From assembly GCA_963707985.1 (NCBI GenBank), contig CAVPRW010000042.1:96001-160000 (forward strand): a stretch of 64,000 bases of DNA, in the 5' to 3' direction. The stretch is from an uncultured Nitrospinota bacterium (lineage in GTDB: Bacteria; Tectomicrobia; Entotheonellia; J063; CAVPRW01). The notes under the pieces are model-generated. The model made no database searches, was not told the DNA's origin, and worked only from the letters and a program-made list of their open reading frames with translations. Both the position numbers and the translations under genes were made by a program. Below, piece after piece: positions 35,050-45,990 of the stretch. Position 1 is the stretch's first letter. Every line of letters starts with the position of its first letter.

Positions 35050-35673
35050 TCAGGTGCCGATGGATGTCATATCAATGCCTAACGGCTCTGTAGCCACCTC
35101 GTCTGCATGGCTCTCCTGGCCCTCGCCGAACAGATCGCTCCTCGTCATCGAGAACAGTGTTGGCTCGGTCTCACGTGGCCGCTTCCGCTGACGGATCACG
35201 GCGTCTTCTTCGCCCTGTTCAGCGGGCTCTTCGTGGGTCAGTAACGTTCGCAGGGCGGCCCGACCCGCGGACTGCCGATACCCATAAAAGCACAGCGTGA
35301 ACCAGTACAGCACGACTTCTGACGGCAGCTCTTCCAATCCCTCGCGGAACATGCGCCGCTGTTGCGGTGTAGCCAGCCAGCGGGCAGCTGAAAAGGCCAA
35401 GGCCAGCCGCATGCCATCTTCCGGCATGAGCCAGCGCGGCTCGGCTTGGGGGCCAAACGCCTCGGCCGAGATCGCACTGGGGGCTTCCGCCCGGGAGAGG
35501 AAGGGGCCGGCCATCTGACGGAGCCACAGGGTCGCCTCGGGTGTCGCTGAGGAGCCCAGAATCCGTCCGTCGGCTTCGCGGAGCGGTCGATGCGGATGTT
35601 GGGGAAAGAGATGCAGCTCCCAAATCTGGCCGCGTTTCGGCTCATGACGAACGCGCAGCCGAAAGCGCTCCAT
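35050..35673 (-). CDS. Small accessory protein, DUF3780-like position and C-terminal motif
   Basis: TGATG coupling to the DUF499 gene. L..LPSEVVLYWF...GRAALRTLL resembles the DUF3780-type helix pattern. May extend to ~34949 via a frameshift. Confidence 0.65.
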   Translation of the reverse strand: MERFRLRVRHEPKRGQIWELHLFPQHPHRPLREADGRILGSSATPEATLWLRQMAGPFLSRAEAPSAISAEAFGPQAEPRWLMPEDGMRLALAFSAARWLATPQQRRMFREGLEELPSEVVLYWFTLCFYGYRQSAGRAALRTLLTHEEPAEQGEEDAVIRQRKRPRETEPTLFSMTRSDLFGEGQESHADEVATEPLGIDMTSIGT

Positions 35674-38600
35674 CAGGCACCTCCCGCTCGCCTGGTCCGC
35701 ACCGGCACGATACAGCCCTCCATGTTCCCCTGGTTGGCGTTCATCAGCGCCGTCCGATAGATTTCCAGAGCCGCATCGGTCAGATCAACCGGAGGAATGA
35801 AGGTGAGACGCACGGTGATCGTGACCTCCAACTCGCCCTGGCTTTTGAAGGGCCAGACCGGAGAGAGCATCGCACGCACTTCCTCGAAACGCCCCTCAAA
35901 CTCGGTGCGCACGGTTTCTTGCTTGCCGCTCACCTCACGCTGGCCGCTGGCCATGACGGATGTATGGGGCTGCGCCATCGGTGGGCGATCCGCCCAGGTG
36001 GCCAGCAGGGTATTATCGAAGGCGTCACGGTCGTTCACCGTGAGCGTGATTTCGGAAATCTGCACCTGTCGGAATCCACCCAACGTCTCCCACAGCTGGG
36101 TCAGCACTTCCCTGGGCGTGCCAGCGTGCGTGACCGGCTGTGGCCCCCGACCTGGGCGCAGGGCATCCAGTTCACGTGCCAGCGGGGATGCCGGATCGAC
36201 GAGCACCCAGGCAGGGCCTATCTGAATGGCCGGTTCAGGGATATCACCCTGAGTGAAGAACATCTCGTCGGCCCCCTTTCGCCAGGCGGCCCAGCTGCCC
36301 TCCCGTACGCCTTGCCGCAGGACCGTCTCCAGGTGCGGACGCGTCAAATCTCTCCAAATGCCGCGGGCGTGGCGCTCCAGATCTTCCGTGGCCAATTCCT
36401 CCGCTCGGCTTGGCCAACAACGCGAGCGCAGCGTGAGGAGGGTGATGGGAGGCGCTTCAGCGACCCCTTCAGTCGTGGGGCGTGGATAGATGCCCTGGTC
36501 AAGGGCCGCCTGATACGTCCACACCTCCACGGCCTCGTCGAACCGCGGCGTTCCCGGCCATTCCTGGATCTCCTGAGCGCCAATGGCCAGGTTCGGTCCG
36601 CGCAGGTAGAGCACCCATCGATGCTCACGAGCCCCTTCCTGAAGCGCCTGCCAAAGCACGCTGGCCTCGGGCATCACGGGGAAGTGCGCACTCGCCTTGG
36701 CGGCTTCCATGAGGTGTCTCGTCGTCACACTGCCCACGTGATCAGCCCCCTGCCGTCGCCACAGGTGATCCCAGACCTCCTGGGGCGACATGGTCACCAC
36801 GGGCATGATGCGATCGGCGATGGCGGCGGCGGGATCATACAAGAAGTGATTGGCTGCCAGCACGGGGGAGAGAGCATGGGCGTTGTCCCGGGTATAGACC
36901 TTCTTCTCGGCCTGATTGTAGTAGACCCAGAGCGCCTCGGGAATGGTCGTGAGCCCAGCCCGAAGGGTCGGAAAGAGGTCGGTCGCCCTGAGGACGATCG
37001 GCAGCTCAGGCTCCTTGCGGAGCCGGTCCCAGACCTCCTCTGTGGCGATGCGGCGTTCGTCTGGCAGCCACAGCGGCCGCCGGCGCACGACTTCGGGGGC
37101 CAGCACGACCGCTCCCTCAGCGTCAGCCTCCGGCACCAGCTTGGTGTTCTGCCGCAGGCACTGCAGGATCGGCCCTTCGGCCACCGCGTGGCGGATGTTG
37201 CGCCGCGTGCGAGCCGAGATGGTCTCGTCCGGCGTTTCGCCAAAATCGACCCGATAACACTCCAACAATGGCCCTCCAGGGCCAGCCGTAAATAAGTCGT
37301 CCGCCGACGCGCTCTCCCCCTTAGGAAAGGCGAGCACCCGATAGGCTTCCAGCAGCCTGGTGCGGACATTCACTTCCTGGACGCCGAACTTCTCCTGCAC
37401 CTCAGCCAGGTCGTTCTCCAGGGCGACGAACTCTGCCGGGACCCCTGAGGCGCCCCGTTGGGCCTGTCGCTTCAAGGCTTGGTAGTCCATCGCGCTGGCC
37501 TGGGCCAGGTTGGCTTGCTCGGTCTCGATGTCCTTGCGGACCCGTTCCCAGGCCATGAGGTTCCGTACGGCATCCTTCAGCCCGGCGATGCGTGTGCTTT
37601 CCGCCAACAAGAAGATGAGGTTATTGCGGTAGGTGCGGGGACCTGCGTTGACGCCCTTCTGGGTGAAGAGCGCCTTTGGTCAAGTTCAGGCGATCGCCTC
37701 CCCCGACAGCACCGCATTCTTTGTCGTAATGCACGATGACCAGGCGCACCCGCTCCGCGGTGTCGGGAATGGCGGTATGGTCCTGCGGAAAAGGGATGAC
37801 CTGAAAGGCGTTAAAGCCGGAATAGACCTCTTCGATCCAATCGTCCAGCGTCTCCCGGACCTCGCCGGGTTGGACTTCGGTGAGTCGCTCCTGGAAGCGT
37901 TTGTTGACCGATGCACGCGTGCGGAAGAAGTAGTGCTCGCCTTCGCGGCGCATGTACCAGGCCCGTCGTTCGGTCTCTTCCAACCCGCGCGCCACATACG
38001 CCAGATCGCAGCCAGGACGGCCGATCGCCAGGGCCACTTCCGAGGGCGTCATCCCCTTGGACCCGTCGGGCAGGCTATGCAGGAAGGTCACGAGTGCCGC
38101 CTCAGTGGCCGCGTGCCAGGGCCAACCTCCCTCGACCTGGTTGGCGTGCGTGCCCCCTTCGGACCGCATGACGTCGGCCTCCAGGCCACGCTCGAACGCC
38201 GTTCGTCCCAGTCGGCTCAAGATCTCGTCGCGGAGGTCGCTGCGGGTCAGATCGACATGGTGCGGTTGCAAGAGCAGCGTGCCTTTGAGCTGCTGCTTCC
38301 GGTCCCAGACGGCGCGCATGGTCCGGGCCACGAGCCGTAAGGCCCCGCGCGTGGCCTGGAATTCAGGGATGTCGGCGAGACGCTCGGCGAACAGGCGGAT
38401 CAGCTCCGGATGGAAGGGGTAGCCGACGCGGATCTGCTCGATGTAGTTTGGCTCAAAGGCCCGACTATCAAGCTGCACCCCGGCATCACGCTGCTCCGCA
38501 TAGTAGGCGGCGTACGCTTCTGCCACCTTGGTGGCTTGGGAGGCATTGACCTGCTCGAAAAGGCGGCGGCCGAGGACGGCGGCCCGCTCATACGATTGTG

Positions 38601-39471
38601 TTGGGGTCAGGTTACGGGCCTGCCGTGCGGCGGTCTGCTCCAGCTCATCGACGGTTTCGAGCACAGTGGGAATGAATTGCTTCAACTCGCCAGTCAGGCG
38701 GCGATTGGCATCTTGTTCGGAAGGCAGAGTGAGGATCACGGCCGTGTGGGGTCGTTGGGCCGCAATGCTGAAGAGCGTCTGGAAGAACGTCGGCCACTGG
38801 CTGTTGACTTTGCTACGCGGATGGTTCTCAGGCAAGGCAAAGGCTCGGGCCATATAGAGCACCAGTTCGTCCAGAAGGATCAAGACAGGCTGATCGCCCA
38901 GGGCCTCCCGCAAGTCTCCACGTCCAGGAACGACGCCCTGTTCGTCGTTCTCGCGCACCTGAGCATAGCCGACGAGACCGCCAGCCAGCAGCGCAATCTG
39001 GCCCCAGGGGGTATAGGTGCGAATCCGTTGGCCATCGATCTCATGCTCCTGCCCCCGTAGCGGATCGGACTCTTCTCCCACAAACGCGGCCACTCGAGCG
39101 GCACCGCGTGTGGGGAACCGATTGATCCCATAATCGGCCAGCCGCTCCGACAGGTGTTCACCTTCGCGTGCCACATGAACGGCCGCGATCAAGGCATGCG
39201 ATTTTCCACCGCCGAAGCCTGTTTCTAAACGAAAAATTGGCGTTCCACCCTGCACGCCTGCCAGTCGCTCTGCGACGTCTTTGATGAGGAGTTTGAGGTT
39301 TTCGGTGGGGTGCGTGCCAGCGAAAAAACGGACGGCATCTTGGTAGTCGGGATGCGCTCGCTGACGGAATACCTCCCAGAGATCGGCGGCGAAGATCGCA
39401 TCGGGTAATTCACCAGCCAGCACTTCGGGCCTTGGTTTGCATTGATCGAAAATCGAGGGCAAGGACGGCAT
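35673..39471 (-). CDS. DUF499-family AAA+ ATPase (one frameshift near 37670)
   Basis: CKPRPEVL.G, FAADL, Walker A TGFGGGKSH, TPWGQIA, LILLDEL, RRLFE, YPFHPE, FQATRGALR. Continues into ORF 35673..37610. Confidence 0.9.
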
Positions 39472-39664
39472 GGCAGCTCCTCCGGCCACACTTGATGACT
39501 GGGCCAACTGTGCGGTCCCTCGTACATCACGCTACGTCGCCGAGAGTTGGCTTCCTGGAGGACAATGAACGTCAATATTGTCGAGAATTCATCGGGATCT
39601 TGGAGAATCTATACCACTGAAGGTGTCAAAGAGCGCAAGGCACAAGGCTTTCCGCTACCGCACG

Positions 39665-39752
39665 TGGTACGATAAGCTCCGACAGGTATTCAACGAAATT
39701 CGCAACCCAGCGGTTGTTGCAAACCTGTCAGGTGAGGAGCCTCTATTTTTTT
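39665..39752 (+). ncRNA. Candidate structured RNA / leader-terminator upstream of the defence operon
   Basis: TG-n-TACGAT box, then nested stems GCTCC/GGAGC, GACAGGT/ACCTGTC, GCAAC/GTTGC, then a T7 run. Confidence 0.35.
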
Positions 39753-40400
39753 GCCTGTGTGCTCAGCATAAGATGTCGAGCGTGCCCGAAATCTCCATTG
39801 AGCTACAAGCTTTAGGAACGATGGACAGCGAGAATCCATGAAGATTATACTCTATTATTATCAATATTGATCATAAATCACGGATGATCGAGTAGGAATG
39901 GCTTGCTATTATGCACCATCCTGGGCATCGAAGCCAACTGTAGTAACTAGAATGAATTGAAATTCCAAAGACGGCACCTTGCAAAGCAATGAATTTCGAC
40001 TGCTGAATGTGAAGGCTATCCAATCGCGGTTCTATTTTTCAAGCTGTTAGAGGCGATCGGACCAAAGGTGGGGATAAAGAGGAAGCCCGGGCATAAGAAG
40101 AGGCGTTCGCCCGTTTGGGGTCCGAAAAAAGTCATTCGACGATGCGCAATAGCCCTCTCATGGACCAGTTAATGGCGAATTGGTTCGGACAGTGACAGGC
40201 AATCCGCTGTTCTGTGTCCATCTAGAGGACTGTCCGGGGTGTCTCTCCGATAGACTGCTAGCTGCCATTTTCCTTGTATCTGGTTTCAAGAAAAATGGAC
40301 AAAGTCGAGTAAGAGCTGGCGCTGGTTTGCCACATCCCTGCTGGGACGGGATGAGGGAGCCATGTGGTGCATGCCTCCCTCGCCCGCCCCCGAACCCAGC

Positions 40401-41063
40401 TTATTCATTCCATTGCTGCACAGTTCCCATGCCACGCCGCAGAAAATCCTGCAGCGACTGAAATTGTAAGTAGGGATTGAAGCGCTTTTCGTCGCCGATG
40501 GTGGAGTATGGCCTTGCTGCATAGTTATGGCCTGGGAACACCACGGTGCGCTCGTCGAGCTTGGCCAGCTTCTGGGTCAAGCTGTCGTACATATCTTCCG
40601 GGTTACTGCCTGGCAGATCGCAGCGGCCGCAAGCACCGATGAACAGCGTATCGCCAGAGATGAGATGATTCTGTACCAAAAAGCACTGCGAGCCAGGGGT
40701 GTGACCAGGCGTATGCAGAAAGGTGATGTCCACGTCCCCAACCCGTGTGGTGTCGCCACTGTCGACCTTGACCAGATCCGACCACACAGCCTTCATGAAC
40801 TCCGCTTCCACCTTATTGATATATACTTTGGCCTTGGTATGATTGAGCAAAGCTTCCACCCCATTGATATGATCGAAATGGCTGTGGGTGATGAGAATTT
40901 TCGTAATCGTCAGGTCCTGCTCCTGGGCCATGTCGACGATGCGATCCACCTCCCAGGCAGGATCGACGACCGCCACCTCACGGCTGTGAGGATCGCCGAC
41001 GAAGTAGACATAGTTCGCCATTGGCCCCAGCTCAACTTGTTTCAAATAAATAGATGAGTTCAC
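40401..41063 (-). CDS. MBL-fold metallo-hydrolase (glyoxalase II-like)
   Basis: THSHFDH, TPGHTPGS, SGDTLF..CGR.D, PGHNY. GTG start with GGAGG RBS. Confidence 0.92.
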   Translation of the reverse strand: MNSSIYLKQVELGPMANYVYFVGDPHSREVAVVDPAWEVDRIVDMAQEQDLTITKILITHSHFDHINGVEALLNHTKAKVYINKVEAEFMKAVWSDLVKVDSGDTTRVGDVDITFLHTPGHTPGSQCFLVQNHLISGDTLFIGACGRCDLPGSNPEDMYDSLTQKLAKLDERTVVFPGHNYAARPYSTIGDEKRFNPYLQFQSLQDFLRRGMGTVQQWNE

Positions 41064-41222
41064 GTTAATAGCCCTCCTGAAAATGGAGCATAGCACGCTA
41101 GTCATGCATAGGAATAGCCATGACAACGCACAGAATCACATCGTCAGTCGAGATTCCGACGGCCACATCATATATCATGATACGTTATCATACACGATTA
41201 CGATACATTTTTCCCTATTTCA

Positions 41223-42389
41223 TCAATAAGACTTCGGCAACCCTAAGACATGTTCTCCAATGTAATTTAACGCCATCTGCTGCGATACGGGGGCAATCTT
41301 GTAGAGTCGAATTTCGCGCCAGAGTCGCTCGACGTCAAACTCCTTGGCGTACCCGAAGCCCCCATGCGTCTGCAAGGCCCAGTCACACGCCTCAAAGCCA
41401 GCTTCTGCGGCCCGCAACTTGGCAATGTTCGCCTCTTTCCCACAGGGATGGCCGTGGTCGAACAGCCACGCGGCCTTAAACACCATGAGCTCGGTGCATT
41501 CCAGCTTTGAATACGCATCGGCCAGGGGGAACTGGATCCCCTGATTTTGGCCGATCGGTCGCCCGAAGACCACCCGTGATTTGGCGTAATCGACGGCGCG
41601 GGCGAGAGCCGCCCTGCCGATGCCTATGGCCTCGGCAGCGATGACGATACGCTCGGGATTGATGCCATCCAGGATGTGATAGAACCCTTCGCCCTCCTGG
41701 CCGATGAGGTCGTCACGGTGGACGTGGAGCTGATCGATGAACAGGGAATTCGAATCCACCGCGTGCCGACCGAGTTTGTCGATTTCCTGGAGACGACAGG
41801 CGTTGGGGTCTAAATCGGCCATGAACAGGCTCATGCCCTTGGTTTTCCTGGTTACCTGATCGAAGGGAGTAGTGCGGGCCAGGAGCAGCGTCTTCTGGGC
41901 ATATTTGGCATTCGAGGTCCAGACCTTTTGACCGGAGACTACCCAGTCATCGCCATCCCGTACGGCGCGCGTCGAGATGCGGGTCGTATCCGTCCCAGCG
42001 TCGGGTTCGGTCACGGAAAATGCCATGCGCAGCTCACCCGAAGCTAATCGGGGTAGATAGCGACGCTTTTGCTCCTCTGTCCCATACTTGATGATAGGCA
42101 TGGGCGGGAAGATGCCGAAGTGAATGGGCGCGCAACCCGTCGTGCCGGCTCCCGAGGCGGCGATCTCCAGCAGGAGAATACACGCTTCCGTAATTCCCAA
42201 TCCGGCCCCGCCATATTCCCGTGGCATGGCGATACCGAGCCAACCAGCTTTGGCGAACTCGTCAAAGAACTCGTGCGGATACTCGCCGGTTTTATCTTTG
42301 TTCCGCCAGTACTCCCATTCGAACTTGCGAGCCAGATTGCGCACTTCGGTGCGAATGAGCTCTTGCTCCTCCGTAAAGCCGAAATCCAT
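41223..42389 (-). CDS. Acyl-CoA dehydrogenase
   Basis: MDFGFTEEQ, EYGGAGLG, VTEPDAGTD, GQKVWTS, FGRPIGQNQ, QTHGGFGY. Confidence 0.93.
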   Translation of the reverse strand: MDFGFTEEQELIRTEVRNLARKFEWEYWRNKDKTGEYPHEFFDEFAKAGWLGIAMPREYGGAGLGITEACILLLEIAASGAGTTGCAPIHFGIFPPMPIIKYGTEEQKRRYLPRLASGELRMAFSVTEPDAGTDTTRISTRAVRDGDDWVVSGQKVWTSNAKYAQKTLLLARTTPFDQVTRKTKGMSLFMADLDPNACRLQEIDKLGRHAVDSNSLFIDQLHVHRDDLIGQEGEGFYHILDGINPERIVIAAEAIGIGRAALARAVDYAKSRVVFGRPIGQNQGIQFPLADAYSKLECTELMVFKAAWLFDHGHPCGKEANIAKLRAAEAGFEACDWALQTHGGFGYAKEFDVERLWREIRLYKIAPVSQQMALNYIGEHVLGLPKSY

Positions 42390-42482
42390 CGAAATTCTCC
42401 TTGGACCTGCTCCTGTTGCGATGCAGACGAACAACGAGATTATGCCTTATCGTACTCATTCATCCAGGGGTGGGCAAGAGAA

Positions 42483-42511
42483 TTGACATCAGCCTGGGGA
42501 GCTTATATCCT
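42483..42511 (+). promoter_or_regulatory. Putative sigma70 promoter of the CoA-transferase operon
   Basis: TTGACA-17bp-TATCCT. Confidence 0.6.
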
Positions 42512-42600
42512 AGCTTAAAGTGGGGCCTTGCCATTGGTCCCAGCCCGTCTGATGTGATGCACACGTTATTGACGCTACCCGGAATGGATACATAAGCGTC

Positions 42601-43819
42601 ATGGGCGACACTGCTCTGGCAGATCTCCGCGTATTGGACCTGACCCATTATATTGCAGGTCCATATTGCACCAAGCTCCTGGCGGATTACGGTGCCGAGG
42701 TGATCAAGGTCGAGCGCCCTGACGGTGGTGACCCTGCCCGTCGCTATGGCCCATTCCCGCATGACCAACCCCACCCTGAGAAGAGCGCTCTTTTCCTCCA
42801 CCTGAACACCAATAAGCGCGGCATCACCCTCAATCTGAAAACCTCGGCGGGGGCAGATCTGTTCACCGAGCTCGTGCGTCAGGTGGACGTCGTGGTCGAG
42901 AACTTCAGCCCACGCGTCATGCAGGAACCTCGGGTTCACCTACGAAACATTGGAACGATTGAATCCCTGCTTGGTGATGACGTCGATTTCCAACTTTGGA
43001 CAGAGCGGTCCATATCGGGACTATAAGGCCCAGGACATCCTCATGTATGCCATGGGTGGCGCCATGCACCAGACCGGTGTCGCGGAGCGCGAGCCTATCA
43101 AAATGGCCGGGAATCTGATGCAGTATCATAGTGGCACGATGGCGGCAACGGCGACGCTGGTCGGAGCCTGGGGAGCACAGGTCCAGGGCATCGGCCAACA
43201 CATCGACGTATCCCTCTTTGAAACCCACGCCGGTACCGTCGATCGCCGCTCCACCTTCCTAGCGGCCTACGCCTATGCCGGCGAAACCATTCAACGCCAG
43301 ACCTCTGGATCGCAGGGGATGCTGCCGCGTGGCATTTATCCCTGTCAGGATGGCCACGTCTGTATCCATGTGACCAGCGAATGGTGGCCCCGTCTGGCAC
43401 AAATGCTGGAGCGCCCGGATTTACTCACGAACCCGAAGTTCGCCACCGCGGCCGCACGGATGAACGTCGAGCATCAGGGCGAGTTCGACGCCCTGTTCTA
43501 CCCCTGGCTGTTGGAGCGTACGAAACAGGAGATCATGGAGCGAGCGCAGGCGGCTCGGGTGCTGGCAACCGCCGTGAATACTCCAGAAGATGTCCTGCAC
43601 GATCGGCATTTTCGGGCGCGCGAGTTTTTCGTTGAGGTCGATCATCCGGACGCTGGTTGCGTGACGCAGCCGGGCCCACCCTTTCGCATGGCCGAGACCC
43701 CCTGGCGCATTCGACGCTGTGCCCCACGCCTAGGTCAGCACAACGAGGAAATTTACGGGGGAATGCTGGGCTTAAGTCAAGAAGAAGTGATGGTGTTGCG
43801 CGAGCAGGGAGTCATCTAG
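42601..43819 (+). CDS. Class III (CaiB/BaiF) CoA-transferase (frameshift near 42925)
   Basis: LRVLDLTHYIAGP, GAEVIKVE, NTNKRGITLNL, VENFSP. Second frame has SISNFGQSGPY, GQHIDVSL, APRLGQHN. Confidence 0.88.
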
Positions 43820-43858
43820 ACGACTGCCTTGTGGGTTTTTTGTTGTGTGAGAGAAGCT

Positions 43859-45185
43859 ATGAGTGCACTGCCGCTGGAAGGCATCCGCGTCCTGGACTTT
43901 ACCGTGGTATGGGCCGGGCCGTTCGCCGCCATGCTGCTGGCAGACTATGGAGCGGAGGTGATTCGCGTCGAATCGCTGAGGTTTTTCCCCAGCGTAACGC
44001 GGGGTCTGACGGCTTATCCCGACCGGGAAGTGAGCCGCACGATGCCGGGGTATGGGTGGGCCTATCCCGACCGCGAGCCGGGGGCTCGCCCCTGGAATCG
44101 ACATCCGATGTTTAACCCTCACGCCCGGAACAAGCTCGGGATGACGGTGGATCTCAGCCGCCCCAGAGGCCGTGAGCTCTTCACCAAGCTGGTGAGCGTC
44201 AGCGATGTGCTGATCGAAAACCACTCAGCTCGATTTATGGAAAATCTCAGCTTAACCTATGAGGTGCTGTCGCGCAGCAAGCCGGACCTGATCATGGTGT
44301 CGATGCCCGCCTTTGGCATGAGCGGTCCGTACAAGTATTATCAGGGATTCGGGATCAATGTCGAGTCGGTGTGCGGCTTGACCTGGCTGCGAGCGTATCC
44401 CGATGGCGATCTGACCGAGACCAGCTCTACCCTGCATATGGATGCCGTGAGCGGCGCTGGAGCGGCATTCGCCATTATGGCCGCCCTCCTCTACCGGCGG
44501 CGCACCGGCAAGGGCCAATGCATCGACTTCTCCCAGGCCGAGAACCTGATGCAGTCGATCGGTGAAAGTCTGATGGATTACACCATGAATGGCCGTGTCC
44601 AGACGAGCCTGGGTAATCGGCACCCCTTCATGGCCCCGCACGGCTGCTATCCCTGCCGAGGAAGCGATCGCTGGGTGGTCATTGCCATCGCCACCGACGC
44701 GGAGTGGGACAGTTTTTGTCAGGTGCTGGGACGTCCGGAGTGGGCCTGTGACGCACGCTTTGCCGACGCGGCTGGTCGCTATCGGCATCAGGATGCCTTG
44801 GATGCTCATCTCACAGCCTGGACCCAGCAGCACCATCCGTGGGAGATTATGACACGGCTGCAACAGGCCGGCATCGCGGCTGGCCCGGTAATGCGCGAGC
44901 CTGACCTGTTTACCGATCCGCATCTGCACGCCCGCGGCTTCTTTCAGGTGGTGACCCAGGCCGAAGCCGGGACATACCCATATCCCGGTGTGATGTGGAC
45001 GATGTCGAAAACGCCGGCCCCATTCCGGCAGCCCTCCAGTGCGGATGGGTGAGCATAATGACTACGTCTATCGCGAGCTCCTGAAGCTCAGCGCTGCAGA
45101 GATCGCAGCGCTTCGCGCCGAGGGCCACATTGGAATGGACTTTCTCGGAAGGGAGGACCCAAATGCCAGCGATCCCCGAGTATGA
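43859..45185 (+). CDS. Second class III CoA-transferase (frameshift near 45035)
   Basis: PLEGIRVLDFTVVWAGP, RNKLGMTVDL, FGMSGPY, GKGQCIDFS, APHGCYPC. Tail P..GEHNDYVY in shifted frame. Confidence 0.88.
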
Positions 45186-45937
45186 GATCTATGCCATGAA
45201 GTATGCCGAGCGCCAGGCGGACCTATCCACGTTCATGCTGGGCGTCGAGCCCGGTCGTGAGACGATCACCATCGACTACTTCGTCTGGCTTCTGCAGGGG
45301 GGAGCTGAGCCGATTGTCGTCGACACCGGCTTTACACCGCAGATCGCCGAGGCACGTAAACGCAAATATATCGCTAGCCCGGCCGACCAGCTCCGCAAGC
45401 TGGGGGTCGATCCCACCGATGTAAAAAAGGTGCTTGTCTCCCATCTGCACTGGGATCATTTTGGCGGCTTCGGCTTCTTCCCCAATGCCACATTCTATCT
45501 ACAGACCAAGGAATATCAATACTGGACAGGTCCCGTGATGCGCTTCCGCGCGGCACAAGGGTCGGTTGAAGCCAATGATATGGTCGAGCTGGTGACGACT
45601 GAATATGCAGGGAAGGGTGCACTTCGTCGATGGTATTGAAGAGGTCGTTCCCGGCATCTCGCTGCACTATGTCGGTGGACATACTGCCGGTATCCAGGTG
45701 GCACGGGTCAACACGCAGAAGGGCCACGCTGTTGTGGCATCGGATGCCTCGCACCTGTTCAGGAATGTTGAGGAAAATACCCCCGCGAACTTGATCACGA
45801 ACCTGCCCGAGATGTTCAGCGCCTTCGACGCTATTCGCGGACTCTCTTCAGGCCCGAATCTCTGGTTGCCCGGCCATGACCCGGCCGTTCTGCAGCGCTT
45901 CCCGACGCACAGTGCCGGTATCGCCTATGTGAAGTAA
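45163..45937 (+). CDS. N-acyl homoserine lactonase-like MBL hydrolase (frameshift near 45600)
   Basis: VVDTG, SHLHWDH, GGHTAG, ASDASH, PGHD. Confidence 0.85.
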
Positions 45938-45990
45938 CGCAACAGGACTGGAGTGAGGGAGCTACCGCACACTGCAGCAAAGGAGGATCT

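Noticed and set aside
35541..37295. 584 aa + strand ORF
   Set aside because: Antisense to the DUF499 C-terminal half, no recognisable domain
31461..39471. Calling the DUF499 locus BREX or a classical type III R-M system
   Set aside because: No PglZ, BrxA or BrxL, and no Mod/Res pair. The architecture fits the DUF499/DUF1156 restriction-like class.
39676..39745. SRP RNA or c-di-GMP riboswitch reading of the structured segment
   Set aside because: Lacks the SRP CAGG-CCGGAAGG-AGCA core and the riboswitch GNRA/receptor layout. Kept only as an unassigned candidate.
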